DNA of 64,000 nucleotides from Vulcanimicrobiota bacterium (GTDB lineage Bacteria; Vulcanimicrobiota; Xenobia; Xenobiales; QWHO01), in assembly GCA_963169765.1 (NCBI GenBank), contig CAUJEN010000109.1, positions 27,497 through 91,496 of the forward strand. Reading direction: 5' to 3'. Under the pieces are notes generated by a model. The model made no database searches. It saw nothing but the letters and a program-made list of their open reading frames with translations, and had not been told where the DNA came from. The position numbers and the translations under genes were made by a program. Below are positions 52,911 through 62,678 of this stretch, one piece after another; position 1 is the stretch's first letter; each line of letters opens with the position of its first letter.

Positions 52911-55443
52911 CTTGACCAGCTATTTCAAGCACAGGTGGCGGAAGCCCCTGAGGCAGGCTCGTCTGCCTCGTCGCCTTCTCTTGCAGACTTACCAGGGGTT
53001 GGGCGAGTTCCTATCCCACGGAGGGAAGCTGCATCGAGCGTTTCCTGTCTTGCTGGTGCAGACTGAGCTGGCTGCCCGCGATCCGGAGCGCGACGGGGAG
53101 ATCCTCGAGATGCTCAGCACCGCATGCGCGGGGGTTTCTTTGTTCTCCCCGCTCACCGGGTTTGCTGCCCGCCGGGCTCGCGTCTATCTGCAAGGCGCTG
53201 AAGGACTCCCCGACCCCTGGCGCCGAGCCCGAGTTGTGGCCAGGTTGGCACTCGCACTGGTGAATCACGAGCCGGTGGAGTCGGTGGTTCAATTTTTGGA
53301 TGAGTCCATTGATACGCTCATGCGTTGCGGCGAGGTCCATGATGTGCACGCCTCATCGACGATGCGTCAGGCCCTCCTGTATCATTCGGGCCAGTTCGAG
53401 AGGCTCCGGTCCATCGGCGAAGAGCATTACCGATTCTTCGCTCACGGCGAGTCTGAGGAGGGGAGAGCTGGCGCTCTGTTGTACCTGGCCGTCGCGACCG
53501 GGGGCGCCTTGCCGCTTGATCTGGTGCTGGCGGAGTGCCGCAATCCTCCCTTTGAGAACCCGGTGGCGGAAGCCTTGCTGCGCCTCGCCGTCACTCGCTT
53601 TCTCTTGAGTCAGGGCCAGAATCTTGTGGCAGCGCGCATGCTCGCCCGTCCCTCACGGGTGGGTTTTCCCATTCTAGCCGCTAGCATGAAGGCCTGGGAG
53701 GCCACCGCCTGGCGGTTGGCGGCCGAGCAGCCTGAATGCCCGCCCTGGCGGCGCACCGTGTTCTGCCGACGAGCCCGACGGGCAGCCCGGCGGGCCCTGA
53801 ACGGGATGTGGGCGCCGCTGCGTCCGCACGCGCTGCGCGAACTGGCCCTGCTGGCCGCCGCCCGCGGGCGCTGGCGGCTTGCCGAGGCACGTTTTGCGGC
53901 CAGCCTTCGCGAGGCTGAGCGCTGGTGCTACGAGCACGCCTGGACCGAGCTCGAGCGCGAGCGCCTGCGCCGAGCCCGTGGTCTGCCCCACCGGGTCGAG
54001 CGGGCCGAGCAGCGCCTTGCCCGCATGGGGGCGACCTGGCATTTTGAGACCCCTCAGGCTCCACCGCCCGTGGCCGTGGTTGACCTTTTCGAGCAGACTC
54101 TGCAATGGGGTCGACGGCTGATCGGGTTGCTGGGCGGGCCAGCCGAGCTCTACCCGCAGCTGCGAGAAGCGGCTGTGGCCCTGCTGCGGCCCCAGGAGTG
54201 CCTGGTTTTGAGCTGGCCTGACTGCGCGATCCTGGCCGGCCCCCCCCGACCCTTCAGCCGGACCTTGCTCGAGAGGGCCGTCGAGCTGCCGCGCGCCGTC
54301 AGCGCTGACGAGACGGAGCTGTCGGCCAGCTTCCAGTTGTCTCGTGCGAGCTCGGTCCTGACCACGGCCGTGCGGGTGGATGGGGAGGTCGTGGCGCTGC
54401 TCTACCTGACGCACGCGCAGGTCAGCGGGCTTTTTTCCGAGGAGGACGGGCGGCGCATCGACTTTCTGGCCTGCCTGGCCGGGGCTGCTCTGCACAACGC
54501 GCGCTGGCTGGCCGAGCGCGAGCGGGTCGAGCTCGCGCGCCTGGCGACCCGCCGCCAGCTGACCGGACTGCTCGAGAACGCTGGGATCGGCTTGGCCGTG
54601 CTGGATGAGAAGAAGACGATCCAGCGCTCCAACGCCTGGTTGAGCCAGGCTCTGGGTCAGGATCCGGTCGGTCGGCCCCTGGCCGATTTCGTGCTGGCTG
54701 TGGATCAGCGCCACCTGGCCCGGCTGGGCTCGGGTCTGGAGACCGAGCTGCGCTTCCTGCGTCCCGATCGAAGCTTGCTCTGGGCCCGGTGTGGCCTGAG
54801 AAATCTCGACGGCAACTCGGTCTTGAGCGTGCTTGACATCACCCAGCGTCGCCAGCAAGGCCTGGCCAGGTTTCTTGAGGACGAGCGCCGACTTCTTAGC
54901 TCGGAGCTGCACGATGGCGTCGCGGGCGACCTGGCAGCGCTCGCATTCAGCCTGGCCGACCCCGGCGTCGATCGCGGGCAAGCTCTGGCCACGGTCCGCC
55001 GATTGCGAGCCGAAGCCGAGCGTCTGGGCGGTTGCGATCCGCATGCGGAGGAGACTCTCGCCGAGCAGGTCGCCCGCTTTGCCAGGGAAAGCGGTCTGCC
55101 GGTCGAGACCGAGCTGTGCGAGCCAGGCTCCGGGTTGCCCGCTCAGTTCTGTGGCCGCATCATCCAGGAAGCGCTTACCAACGCCCGCCGCCACGCTCGG
55201 GCCAGCCTGGTTCGGGTGAGCGTGCGCCAGGTGGCGGGCGGGCTGGAGGGCCTGGTCTCCGATGACGGGGTCGGCTTCGACGCGGACCGGATGGATCTCT
55301 CGGGGCCCTGCCACTTTGGCTTGCGCGGGTTTCGTCTGCGGGCGGAGTTGCTGGGGGGCTCGGTCGACATTAACTCGCGCCCGGGCCAGGGCACCCGGGT
55401 GCGATTCTTCTTGCCGGTTCCCGGGGGCCTGAGGTCGACCTGA
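52891..55443 (+). CDS. GAF-PAS-HisKA_3-HATPase_c sensor histidine kinase (NarL-type); no independent start signals
   Basis: H-box SSELHDGVAGDL, N-box IIQEALTNARRHA, DDGVGF, and GLRGFRLRAELLGG. It is in frame with 50707..52875 across a single TGA. The nominal TTG start has no SD, and the first ATG is about 70 codons in. Confidence 0.82.
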   Translation: MLRALGSLTSYFKHRWRKPLRQARLPRRLLLQTYQGLGEFLSHGGKLHRAFPVLLVQTELAARDPERDGEILEMLSTACAGVSLFSPLTGFAARRARVYLQGAEGLPDPWRRARVVARLALALVNHEPVESVVQFLDESIDTLMRCGEVHDVHASSTMRQALLYHSGQFERLRSIGEEHYRFFAHGESEEGRAGALLYLAVATGGALPLDLVLAECRNPPFENPVAEALLRLAVTRFLLSQGQNLVAARMLARPSRVGFPILAASMKAWEATAWRLAAEQPECPPWRRTVFCRRARRAARRALNGMWAPLRPHALRELALLAAARGRWRLAEARFAASLREAERWCYEHAWTELERERLRRARGLPHRVERAEQRLARMGATWHFETPQAPPPVAVVDLFEQTLQWGRRLIGLLGGPAELYPQLREAAVALLRPQECLVLSWPDCAILAGPPRPFSRTLLERAVELPRAVSADETELSASFQLSRASSVLTTAVRVDGEVVALLYLTHAQVSGLFSEEDGRRIDFLACLAGAALHNARWLAERERVELARLATRRQLTGLLENAGIGLAVLDEKKTIQRSNAWLSQALGQDPVGRPLADFVLAVDQRHLARLGSGLETELRFLRPDRSLLWARCGLRNLDGNSVLSVLDITQRRQQGLARFLEDERRLLSSELHDGVAGDLAALAFSLADPGVDRGQALATVRRLRAEAERLGGCDPHAEETLAEQVARFARESGLPVETELCEPGSGLPAQFCGRIIQEALTNARRHARASLVRVSVRQVAGGLEGLVSDDGVGFDADRMDLSGPCHFGLRGFRLRAELLGGSVDINSRPGQGTRVRFFLPVPGGLRST

Positions 55444-55494
55444 GCCCCGTCAGGTCAGAGGCCTTGGTCGACGGGAGGAGTGGAGCCTGGCCGA

Positions 55495-55524
55495 TTGACG
55501 GACACTCCTTCAGCCTGTTATCCT
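55495..55524 (+). promoter_or_regulatory. candidate sigma-70-type promoter for the response regulator
   Basis: TTGACG (55495-55500), an 18-nt spacer, then TATCCT (55519-55524), about 30 nt upstream of the TTG start. Confidence 0.3.
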
Positions 55525-55552
55525 TAGCAAATCAAACCGGCCGGGGGGGCGC

Positions 55553-56215
55553 TTGATTCGAATCCTCTACCTTGAAGATCATCTCCTTCTTCAAGAAACC
55601 ATTGGTAGCTTGCTGGGTCGCTCAGGTGACATCGAGCTGGTCGGGCAGGCCCTCTCCGCGGTCGAGGGGCTACGAATGATGCAATCCCTGAGGCCGGACG
55701 TCGCCCTGGTGGACATCGAGTTGCGAGACAAGGACGGTCTCTGGTTCGTTCGAGAGGCTCGTCAGGCCGGCTCCACCACCCCCATTCTGGTCCTCACCAT
55801 GCACGAGAATGACGACCACGTCGCCAACGCCTTTGAAGCCGGCGTCAACGGCTACGTGGTCAAGTCGGCCTCCTGCGAGGACGTGGTGCAGGCCGTGCGC
55901 CAGGTGGCCCAGGGCGGCTCCTACATCCACCCTCGTGTGGCCGCCAGCGTCGTGCGCAAGCTGCGCAGCCCTCGTCGCGACGAGGAGGGGGTCCTCAGCA
56001 AGCGCGAGCGGGAGATTCTCTCCCTGGCAGCCCGGGGGCGCAGCAACCAGGAGATCGCTGAGACCCTGTTCCTCTCCCTGAGCACGGTCAAGACCCACCT
56101 GCAGTCGGTCTACCGGAAGCTCGACGTGCGCGACCGCACCCAGGCCATCCTGGAGGCGATCCAGCGCCGCGAGCTGGCCTCCAACGGCGAGCTCTCACGA
56201 ACGGTCTCGGGGTGA
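55553..56215 (+). CDS. NarL/FixJ-family response regulator (REC + LuxR HTH)
   Basis: ED...VALVDIEL...LVLTMH...GYVVK is a receiver domain. REREILSLAARGRSNQEIAETLFLSLSTVKTHLQSVYRKL is a LuxR-type HTH. Confidence 0.9.
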   Translation: MIRILYLEDHLLLQETIGSLLGRSGDIELVGQALSAVEGLRMMQSLRPDVALVDIELRDKDGLWFVREARQAGSTTPILVLTMHENDDHVANAFEAGVNGYVVKSASCEDVVQAVRQVAQGGSYIHPRVAASVVRKLRSPRRDEEGVLSKREREILSLAARGRSNQEIAETLFLSLSTVKTHLQSVYRKLDVRDRTQAILEAIQRRELASNGELSRTVSG

Positions 56216-56273
56216 ACGAAAGAAGGGAGCCGTCCGGGGACGGCTCCCTGATGGGCCCGGACCCGAAGGCCCA

Positions 56274-58346
56274 TTACCCGTCGGTTGCGCTGAGTCGGAG
56301 CTTGCGAACTCCGGTGGACTGGTTGTTGACCCAGAACCCCCGCTTGTCCGGCAGAACCGTGTCAGGAACGGACATGTCCAGCTCCTCGAAGCCGCTGAAG
56401 GGGTCCCATGCCCAGAAGCTCTTCCGCAGCGGAGGAGGCTCCGCCTGGAGCGCGGCGGGAAGGTCGGTTCCGTCCAGCTTGAAGTGCCTGGAGCTGGGCC
56501 CGATCGGTGTGGGAGCACCGACCAGGTTCCAGCCGGGGACGAGAGCAATCTCGGGGATTTGATCGCCCAGGTTGGGATCTCCCGTTCCGTCTCCCGAGGT
56601 TTCGCCGTAGTCGGCGGTACCGGTGTAGGTATAGGTGACCTGAGGCTTGTCATTGTAAAGCCAAACTGCCCTGAAGTCGGCATTATCGGCCGGGGCCCCG
56701 GGATCGAATGTTTGCCGGTCCGCGTGCCAGAACTCGATCCGGGTCACGGCGCTCGGGTCGGAAATGTCAATTGGCCCGAGATGGTGCGTTACCCCACTGA
56801 AGGCGGAGACCAGGTTCCAACCGGGTCCAAGCGTGACGACCTCCTGCCTGGTCAGGTTCGCATCACTGTTGTCGGCGATATATTGCCAGAAGTTTGAGAT
56901 CTGACGAGCACAGTCTCCGAGAGTGGCACTTCCGATGGGAACGCCATTGACACTGGCCCTGGGCGTACTGAAGTAGGCAACCGGTGTCGCTCTCGGGCTG
57001 ACACTTTGGGGGTAGGCCATCACGTCGGCATATTTTATGCCGTTCGAGTCCTGAACGCTGATCCAACCTGCCGAGTAGAATGGAAAGGTGGCGTTGGGAA
57101 TGCTTCCTGTTTCAGCGTTATGCCAGCACCCCAGGAGGTGCCCCAGCTCGTGTGCGGTTGTCCGAGGTACTTTGATATTGTTCGCATCCACGACCACACG
57201 GCAGTTCCCGGCGTGGAGAGCTCCGTTGAAATCATTCCCCGCGCCGCCGATGACGGCCGCTTTCCCATTTTGGGTTCGTGTGGTTCCTTGAACGAGGAGG
57301 CAGAACGCGTCAGCTCCATCAGCTTGAGCAATACTGGCCGTTGATTGCAAGCCGGTATCATCGAGGCTCTTGGTTAGGCCAGGAGTGTCTAGTGCGTTGT
57401 CCACGAAACGGTCCGCGTCGGTGGTCAGGCTGCTATCAGCTGGGGCGGACTCGACATAGCCCGAGACCAGGTAGACCCCCGAGCAGCGAATTCGCACGGG
57501 GTCGATCGTCACGCTGCCGTCGGATGCCTCGCTGTTGAGAAGACAGAGATTGATGTAGGAGCAGGTCGTGTGCGCCAGCAAGAGCATGGCGTGCTCCTGC
57601 TCGGCGAGCGTGCCACCCGGCCGTCGCGCGTCGGCCACATTCTGGGTGTAGAGGAAGGCCAGATCGATGACCGGGGCATTGGTGGGCAAAGTCACGCTGG
57701 CAGCCTCACTCTTCCTGGCCTCTGATGGCTTCGAGGGGCTCGATGGGTCGGCCGCCTCCGGCGGGGCCAGGGAGCCGTCGGTGCCACACTGCATCGGGCT
57801 CTCTTCGACCGCGCCCGCGACGTGGCTGGCTCCAGCGCCCGACCAGGTGATCGAGAATTCCCCCCGGCTGCAGGTGATGAAGCCCTCGTAGACCTCGCCG
57901 ACGCGGGTCAGGGCCACGGCGCTCGACTCTTCGCCCGTGACGCGTCCCTGCCAGCGCATTCCGTTCTCGATCGGCAGGCCGGGATAGATGGTGGCTTCCA
58001 CGGGCTCTCCGGCTCCGAAGTCGAGCACCACCGTTCTCGACCGGTCGCTTCCAAGCGGTCCGGGTAGAGACTCCGGGTCGAGCTCGACAACCTGAGCCGA
58101 TTTGAAGCTCGACTGCAGCTCGGCCCGGAGTTTGGGTTGCTCGGCAGCCGTTCGGAACAGATTTCTGGCAGGAATCTCAACCAGCGGTCGGTCCGGGGGG
58201 ACCGGGGGTAGGTCGGAGACGGTTGCACCCGTCGTGTCCGCCACCGGGCCCTCGCCCACCCCCCCCGCTCCACAACTCACCAGGAACAGGCCGATCAAGG
58301 CGGCCAGCCAGGCCGCTCGAAAACGCATAAATCTCTTGGAAATCAC
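56274..58346 (-). CDS. metzincin-type zinc metalloprotease lipoprotein
   Basis: The signal MISKRFMRFRAAWLAALIGLFLVSCG contains a lipobox. HELGHLLGCWH matches HExxHxxGxxH. GC is lower than the window average. Confidence 0.8.
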   Translation of the reverse strand: MISKRFMRFRAAWLAALIGLFLVSCGAGGVGEGPVADTTGATVSDLPPVPPDRPLVEIPARNLFRTAAEQPKLRAELQSSFKSAQVVELDPESLPGPLGSDRSRTVVLDFGAGEPVEATIYPGLPIENGMRWQGRVTGEESSAVALTRVGEVYEGFITCSRGEFSITWSGAGASHVAGAVEESPMQCGTDGSLAPPEAADPSSPSKPSEARKSEAASVTLPTNAPVIDLAFLYTQNVADARRPGGTLAEQEHAMLLLAHTTCSYINLCLLNSEASDGSVTIDPVRIRCSGVYLVSGYVESAPADSSLTTDADRFVDNALDTPGLTKSLDDTGLQSTASIAQADGADAFCLLVQGTTRTQNGKAAVIGGAGNDFNGALHAGNCRVVVDANNIKVPRTTAHELGHLLGCWHNAETGSIPNATFPFYSAGWISVQDSNGIKYADVMAYPQSVSPRATPVAYFSTPRASVNGVPIGSATLGDCARQISNFWQYIADNSDANLTRQEVVTLGPGWNLVSAFSGVTHHLGPIDISDPSAVTRIEFWHADRQTFDPGAPADNADFRAVWLYNDKPQVTYTYTGTADYGETSGDGTGDPNLGDQIPEIALVPGWNLVGAPTPIGPSSRHFKLDGTDLPAALQAEPPPLRKSFWAWDPFSGFEELDMSVPDTVLPDKRGFWVNNQSTGVRKLRLSATDG

Positions 58347-58374
58347 TTTCCCAGCCCCTTTCTTCCGATCGAAT

Positions 58375-58403
58375 GAGCGCTGGAGGTACGTCCTCCAGCG
58401 CTC
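58375..58403 (-). terminator. 12-bp perfect hairpin between the Big_2 gene and the metalloprotease gene, without a U-tract
   Basis: GAGCGCTGGAGG tacgt CCTCCAGCGCTC lies 19 nt downstream of the Big_2 stop on the minus strand. Confidence 0.45.
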
Positions 58404-58421
58404 GTTGTGGTCGTTGTTGGA

Positions 58422-59417
58422 TTACTTGACCGTTACGGTGATCTTGGTGCCAGCTTCGATGGGCGCGTCCAGAGCCTGAGCATTGATGATGGTCTGGCCC
58501 GCCTTCAGAGCCGTGAAAGCTCCTCCGGCATTGCGCACGAAGCCCACCGTCGGGTCCGAGGAGGACCATCGTACGTCGCTGGTGATGTCATTGAAGGCGC
58601 CGCCAAAATTGCCGGTGGCCGTAAAGTTCACGGTCTGCCCCACCGTCAGGGCCAGCTGGATGTTCTGTCCAGGTACGGGAGGCGCAGTCCCGGGAGCGTT
58701 GATGGCGATGGCCACCAGGCCCGGCAGAGGGTTGGTAACGCGGACGGCGCGTTGCGGTGAGACCGTACCCGAGCTGACATCGGTCGCCGTGACGTTGGTC
58801 ACGCCTGGCGTCAGAGCGGTAAACACGCCGGTGCCCTCGGCGACCGTCCCGATGGCTGGATTGGACTCGCCCCACTGCACGGTGCCGGTCAGGTCCTGCG
58901 TGGGACCGAACGAGAAGGTTCCGGTGGCCCTCAGCCCGAGAGTGCTGCCCTGCAGAACCAGGAAATCGCCGGCCGCATTGGTGGACTCAACCGCAATGCT
59001 GGTCAGCGTGGCTGCCTGGACCGTCATGGTGACGGCGGCCGATGTCTGGGCCACGCCGTTGACCGTGGCGGTGCCGGTGATGTCGGTGGTGCCCGCGGCC
59101 GACCCGGTGAAGACTCCGGTCCCGTCAGCCACCGTTCCAATTGCCGGGTTGCTTGTCGTCCAGGTCGCCTGGTTGGTCAGGTCCTGGGTGCTGCCGTCGG
59201 AGAAGGTGCCCGTGGCGGCGAAGTTGGCCGTGTTTCCAACTTGCACGGTGGTGGCAGAGGCTGCGATGGTCAGGCCCGTCAGGGTGGGGTCAAGAGGGGG
59301 AGGTGGGGTAGTGCCGCCGCCTCCAGAGCAGCCGATGGCAATGAAGCCTACAATTGCCATCAGCATCGCGCAGAATATCCTCCTCGTTGTTTGGTGAATG
59401 CCCGGTGTTTTGCTCAT
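58422..59417 (-). CDS. lipoprotein with tandem bacterial Ig-like (Big_2) domains
   Basis: Lipobox FIAIGCSGGGG. There are three or four repeats of the pattern ...AT(G)TFSDGSTQDLT.QATW.SSNP.IGTV...G.FT....G.T.ITAT. Confidence 0.85.
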   Translation of the reverse strand: MSKTPGIHQTTRRIFCAMLMAIVGFIAIGCSGGGGTTPPPPLDPTLTGLTIAASATTVQVGNTANFAATGTFSDGSTQDLTNQATWTTSNPAIGTVADGTGVFTGSAAGTTDITGTATVNGVAQTSAAVTMTVQAATLTSIAVESTNAAGDFLVLQGSTLGLRATGTFSFGPTQDLTGTVQWGESNPAIGTVAEGTGVFTALTPGVTNVTATDVSSGTVSPQRAVRVTNPLPGLVAIAINAPGTAPPVPGQNIQLALTVGQTVNFTATGNFGGAFNDITSDVRWSSSDPTVGFVRNAGGAFTALKAGQTIINAQALDAPIEAGTKITVTVK

Positions 59418-59748
59418 GATTCCTCGCTTTGGGATTGATCACTTGCCCGGCCGAATCGTCTTGTTGACCCCAGCCCTGACCAGTGAATGAAATTTAGCAG
59501 GGGCGCCCCGGCTTTCGAATCCCTCTGGAGATTGAGCGGGCCCTGGCCGAGCGAACAGACATTCTGGCCTCGAGGAGGATGGACCATGGATGAAAGGATG
59601 AAATCTGTGAGACGGGTCCGGGCCTTATGCACGTAGGCTGCGTAGCACGAAACAAAAGGTCGAGGCTCGCTCATCCGATCGGACAGATCGAAATCGTCCC
59701 AGCGGCCCGAGGAACGGGATTGGTGATAGCGGAACCCCGTCTCATCGC

Positions 59749-60690
59749 GTGGAAATGGGGGACTGGTTGGTGCGAACTCGAGGACTGCTCTTAACCTTGC
59801 TCGTAAGCTTGCTCCCGGTGTCCGTGGCCCGCGCCGATGAGGCCAGCGGTGGAGCCCTGTATGTCAGGAACCTGGGCGACCAGCCTGTCCGCATCGAGCT
59901 CACCTGGCCGACTTCGCAGTGGTTCGTTCACTACCAACCCAACGGTGGCAGCTCTCTGACCGATGGCACCAACATGGGCTGGTGGGTCATCTGGGAGAAG
60001 CTCGGCTCCTGGACCGTGGGACCGGGCGAGTCGGGCTATCTGACCCAGGACTGCAAGAATGTCAAATGCTACTTCTTCTACAAAATCTCAATTGACGGAG
60101 GTAAAACGCGTCGTCTGGGCGAGGTGGCCAGATGGACGGGCGACCGCTATCTGCTCGGATTCGAAGGACGCATCGAAGAGACCTCACAGAGGGGAGCATC
60201 TCGCTCACGGCCCACGACAACAGCCGGCAGCCGGGCATCTGACCCGCCACGCTATGGCGACCTGAGCAACATGTCTTACTCCACCCGGCCAACAGAGTCC
60301 CAGTCGACGGGCGAGCTGGTGCTTCCCCGGGAGCCATCTCCCGCAATCGTGGTCGAGGCATCCAGTGAGATCGCTCCTCTGCCTCTGGTGGTGACCGGCA
60401 AGACCGGCACCGGGCTCGACTGGGCAAGTGTCTCGCAGACCTCGACGGGGTTGGTGGTGAGCGCGGGTCTGGGAGAAGCGGTGGAGTCTGGCCGGGTCCG
60501 CCTGTCGATGCGATTGGCCGAGGCGACCGAATGGGAGTTTGTGAAAGATGGGGGAGTCGTGGCCACGCCCGGGCCAGGAGAGGTGGTGTTGCAGGTTGGG
60601 CATCGCCTGGCTCCCGCCTGTCGGCTGCGACTGCAGCTGTTCGACAGCAGCGGTCGGCTGATTTCGTCGTTGGAGGGTACTCTCCCATGA
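59749..60690 (+). CDS. secreted hypothetical protein
   Basis: Signal peptide LLLTLLVSLLPVSVARADEA; ATG 59755 is an alternative start. First gene of a translationally coupled set. Confidence 0.65.
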   Translation: MEMGDWLVRTRGLLLTLLVSLLPVSVARADEASGGALYVRNLGDQPVRIELTWPTSQWFVHYQPNGGSSLTDGTNMGWWVIWEKLGSWTVGPGESGYLTQDCKNVKCYFFYKISIDGGKTRRLGEVARWTGDRYLLGFEGRIEETSQRGASRSRPTTTAGSRASDPPRYGDLSNMSYSTRPTESQSTGELVLPREPSPAIVVEASSEIAPLPLVVTGKTGTGLDWASVSQTSTGLVVSAGLGEAVESGRVRLSMRLAEATEWEFVKDGGVVATPGPGEVVLQVGHRLAPACRLRLQLFDSSGRLISSLEGTLP

Positions 60691-61964
60691 GACTCTGGGT
60701 GTTGCTGGTCCTGTTCTTGCTTGCCCCCGCGGTCAGGGCTGAGCCAGGTATCGCCGTGCTGACCAACTCCAAGAACGAATCGGTGAGCAGTCGGGCCACC
60801 GAGGTGAAGAGTTGGCTCTATAAGCTGCGCCAGAAGAACGGTCTGGAGGACTTCCAGTTGGCCATCTTTACGGTGGACATGGCCGACTCTCGCCAGGCGT
60901 CGGAATGGATCCGGCGGTTCGAGGTTCGTCCATCCGACCTGCCGGCCCTGGCTTACGTCAAGCGGCAGGGCAACAAGGTCACCGAGGTGGGAACCCTCAT
61001 CCGAAGCTTTCCAGACCCATTCAGGGCCGCTCAGTCGGCCTTCAAGTATGCCCACGGCGAGGACCCGAGCATCAAGGTGGTTGAGCTATTGACTGGCCTG
61101 TCCATCACCAGCCGACCGGAAGGGGCCACGGTCGTGGTGGATGGGGTCGAGGTGGGATTGACCCCCGCGGTCGAGCTTCCCGTGCGGGCAGGCCAGATAC
61201 GGGTCGAGCTGATCCATCCCGATTGTCAGAGATGGCAGCAGACGGTTCAGGTTGCTCAGGCCCAGGTGCGCGAGATCGACGCCGAGCTCCAGGTCCTGTC
61301 CGGCGCCCTGGCCCTGGAGTCGGAAGTGCCGATGCAGGTGTGGGTCGATGGCGAGTCGCGCGGGGAGTCGCCACTTGAGCTGACCGGTCTTTCGCCCCGG
61401 ACCCTCCAGGTGCGTTGTCAGGCAGGCAACGGTGCCGAGGTCGAGTTCACGGTGAAGGTTGCCGGGGGCAAGCGCACTCAGGTCCGCGTTCCTGCGCCGA
61501 GCCTGCCCAGACGGAGAGTGGCCAGCGAGATCGTGGATGCTCGAGGTACCCGAATGGCGGGCCGAGATGTGAATGGGGCGAGCTACGATGTCGCTGTAGA
61601 ACTGAGTCTTCCCCGGCTCTCCGACGCCATTCACGGGGCCTTGAGCGCCTCGGAGCAGATCGAGATCTGCGACAGCCAGGCCAACTGGGATGTAGGGCTG
61701 CGGTGGCGTTTTACAGCTGGAGGACAGATGGGCAAAGTCGTGGGGCAGGTGGAGCTGGTGGACCGAACCGGCGCGCGTCTGGCGTCGTTCTCGCGAGAAA
61801 AGGGCATGCCGTTGATTTCCTTCAACTTCTCCGGCGCTGCCCAGGCGCGGGCCGAGGAGATCGCCAGGGAGCTCGTTCCCCAGGTGCTGGCTCGCCTGGC
61901 CGAGCTGCCGGCGCCCAGCAGTCCCGGGCTGACTCCGGAAATCACAATCGGTCCTCTGCCGTGA
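60687..61964 (+). CDS. PEGA domain-containing secreted protein
   Basis: The start overlaps the upstream stop in ATGA. Signal MRLWVLLVLFLLAPAVRAEP. The PEGA motif is SRPEGATVVVDGVEVGLTP, and a second PEGA-like repeat is VWVDGESRGESPLEL. Confidence 0.8.
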   Translation: MRLWVLLVLFLLAPAVRAEPGIAVLTNSKNESVSSRATEVKSWLYKLRQKNGLEDFQLAIFTVDMADSRQASEWIRRFEVRPSDLPALAYVKRQGNKVTEVGTLIRSFPDPFRAAQSAFKYAHGEDPSIKVVELLTGLSITSRPEGATVVVDGVEVGLTPAVELPVRAGQIRVELIHPDCQRWQQTVQVAQAQVREIDAELQVLSGALALESEVPMQVWVDGESRGESPLELTGLSPRTLQVRCQAGNGAEVEFTVKVAGGKRTQVRVPAPSLPRRRVASEIVDARGTRMAGRDVNGASYDVAVELSLPRLSDAIHGALSASEQIEICDSQANWDVGLRWRFTAGGQMGKVVGQVELVDRTGARLASFSREKGMPLISFNFSGAAQARAEEIARELVPQVLARLAELPAPSSPGLTPEITIGPLP

Positions 61965-62626
61965 TCTCTCGGATCAATGGCACGGTTCGGGTTGTGCTGG
62001 TGGACGGTTTTGCCCTCAGTCGCGAAGGGCTCACGCGCATTCTCGAATCAGACGAGTCGATCCAGGTGGTGGCCCAGGCTGCCAGCCTCCAGGAGGCGCT
62101 CGACACACTTGAGAGCATCGCGACCGACCTGGTTGTTATCGACCATGCTCTACCCGACTCCGACGCCATCGGGCTGATTCGCCTGATTCGGGAGCAGGGC
62201 CTGACGGCCAGAGTCCTGCTCTTGTCGGCTCATGCCGATGAGCGCAGGGTGGCCGAAGCATTCCGGGCCGGGGTGGATGGTTACGTGCCCAAGACCTGCA
62301 GTGCTCGCGACCTCCTGATGGCAGTCCAGGAGCTCGCCCAGGGAGGCTCCTATGTGCACCCTCACGTGGCCGGCGTCGTGTTGAACCGGCTGCGAGGCCG
62401 TTCCGACAGTTTGGCGGTCGACGAGCAGCTCTCCGAGCGAGAACGCTCAGTGCTCGGCCTGGCCACCAACGGATTGAACACTGCCAGCATCGCAAGGCAC
62501 CTCGGGTTGTCGGTCAGCACGGTCAAATCGCACCTGCGCGTCATCTATCGCAAGCTGGGGGTCAGCGACCGAACTCAGGCGGTCGTCTGGGCGCTGAAGC
62601 AAGGTTTTGGCCATGAAGGCCTGTAG
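61961..62626 (+). CDS. NarL/FixJ-family response regulator with no adjacent histidine kinase
   Basis: The start overlaps the upstream stop in GTGA. VVLVDGFAL...LVVIDHALPDSD...LLLSAH is a receiver domain. ERERSVLGLATNGLNTASIARHLGLSVSTVKSHLRVIYRKL is the HTH. Confidence 0.9.
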   Translation: MISRINGTVRVVLVDGFALSREGLTRILESDESIQVVAQAASLQEALDTLESIATDLVVIDHALPDSDAIGLIRLIREQGLTARVLLLSAHADERRVAEAFRAGVDGYVPKTCSARDLLMAVQELAQGGSYVHPHVAGVVLNRLRGRSDSLAVDEQLSERERSVLGLATNGLNTASIARHLGLSVSTVKSHLRVIYRKLGVSDRTQAVVWALKQGFGHEGL

Positions 62627-62678
62627 TTGCGGCTGAGTTTTCAGCCCCCTTTGAGCTGTCTGTGCTTGACTGCAGGGG

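Noticed and set aside
1256-55314. Many long ORFs antisense to called genes (e.g. 1256..2062, 3833..5449, 9191..10393, 13931..16234, 18722..19939, 36489..38315, 38920..40899, 50335..52890, 53674..55314)
   Set aside because: These are typical high-GC shadow ORFs. They show Arg/Gly/Ala/Pro/His-biased composition and no motifs, and the opposite strand carries clear domain signatures and a higher-GC third codon position.
59490-59530. tRNA-like T-arm motif GGCTTTCGAATCC
   Set aside because: I could not fold acceptor, D or anticodon arms around it. The match to GGTTCGAATCC is imperfect. It lies in a divergent promoter region.
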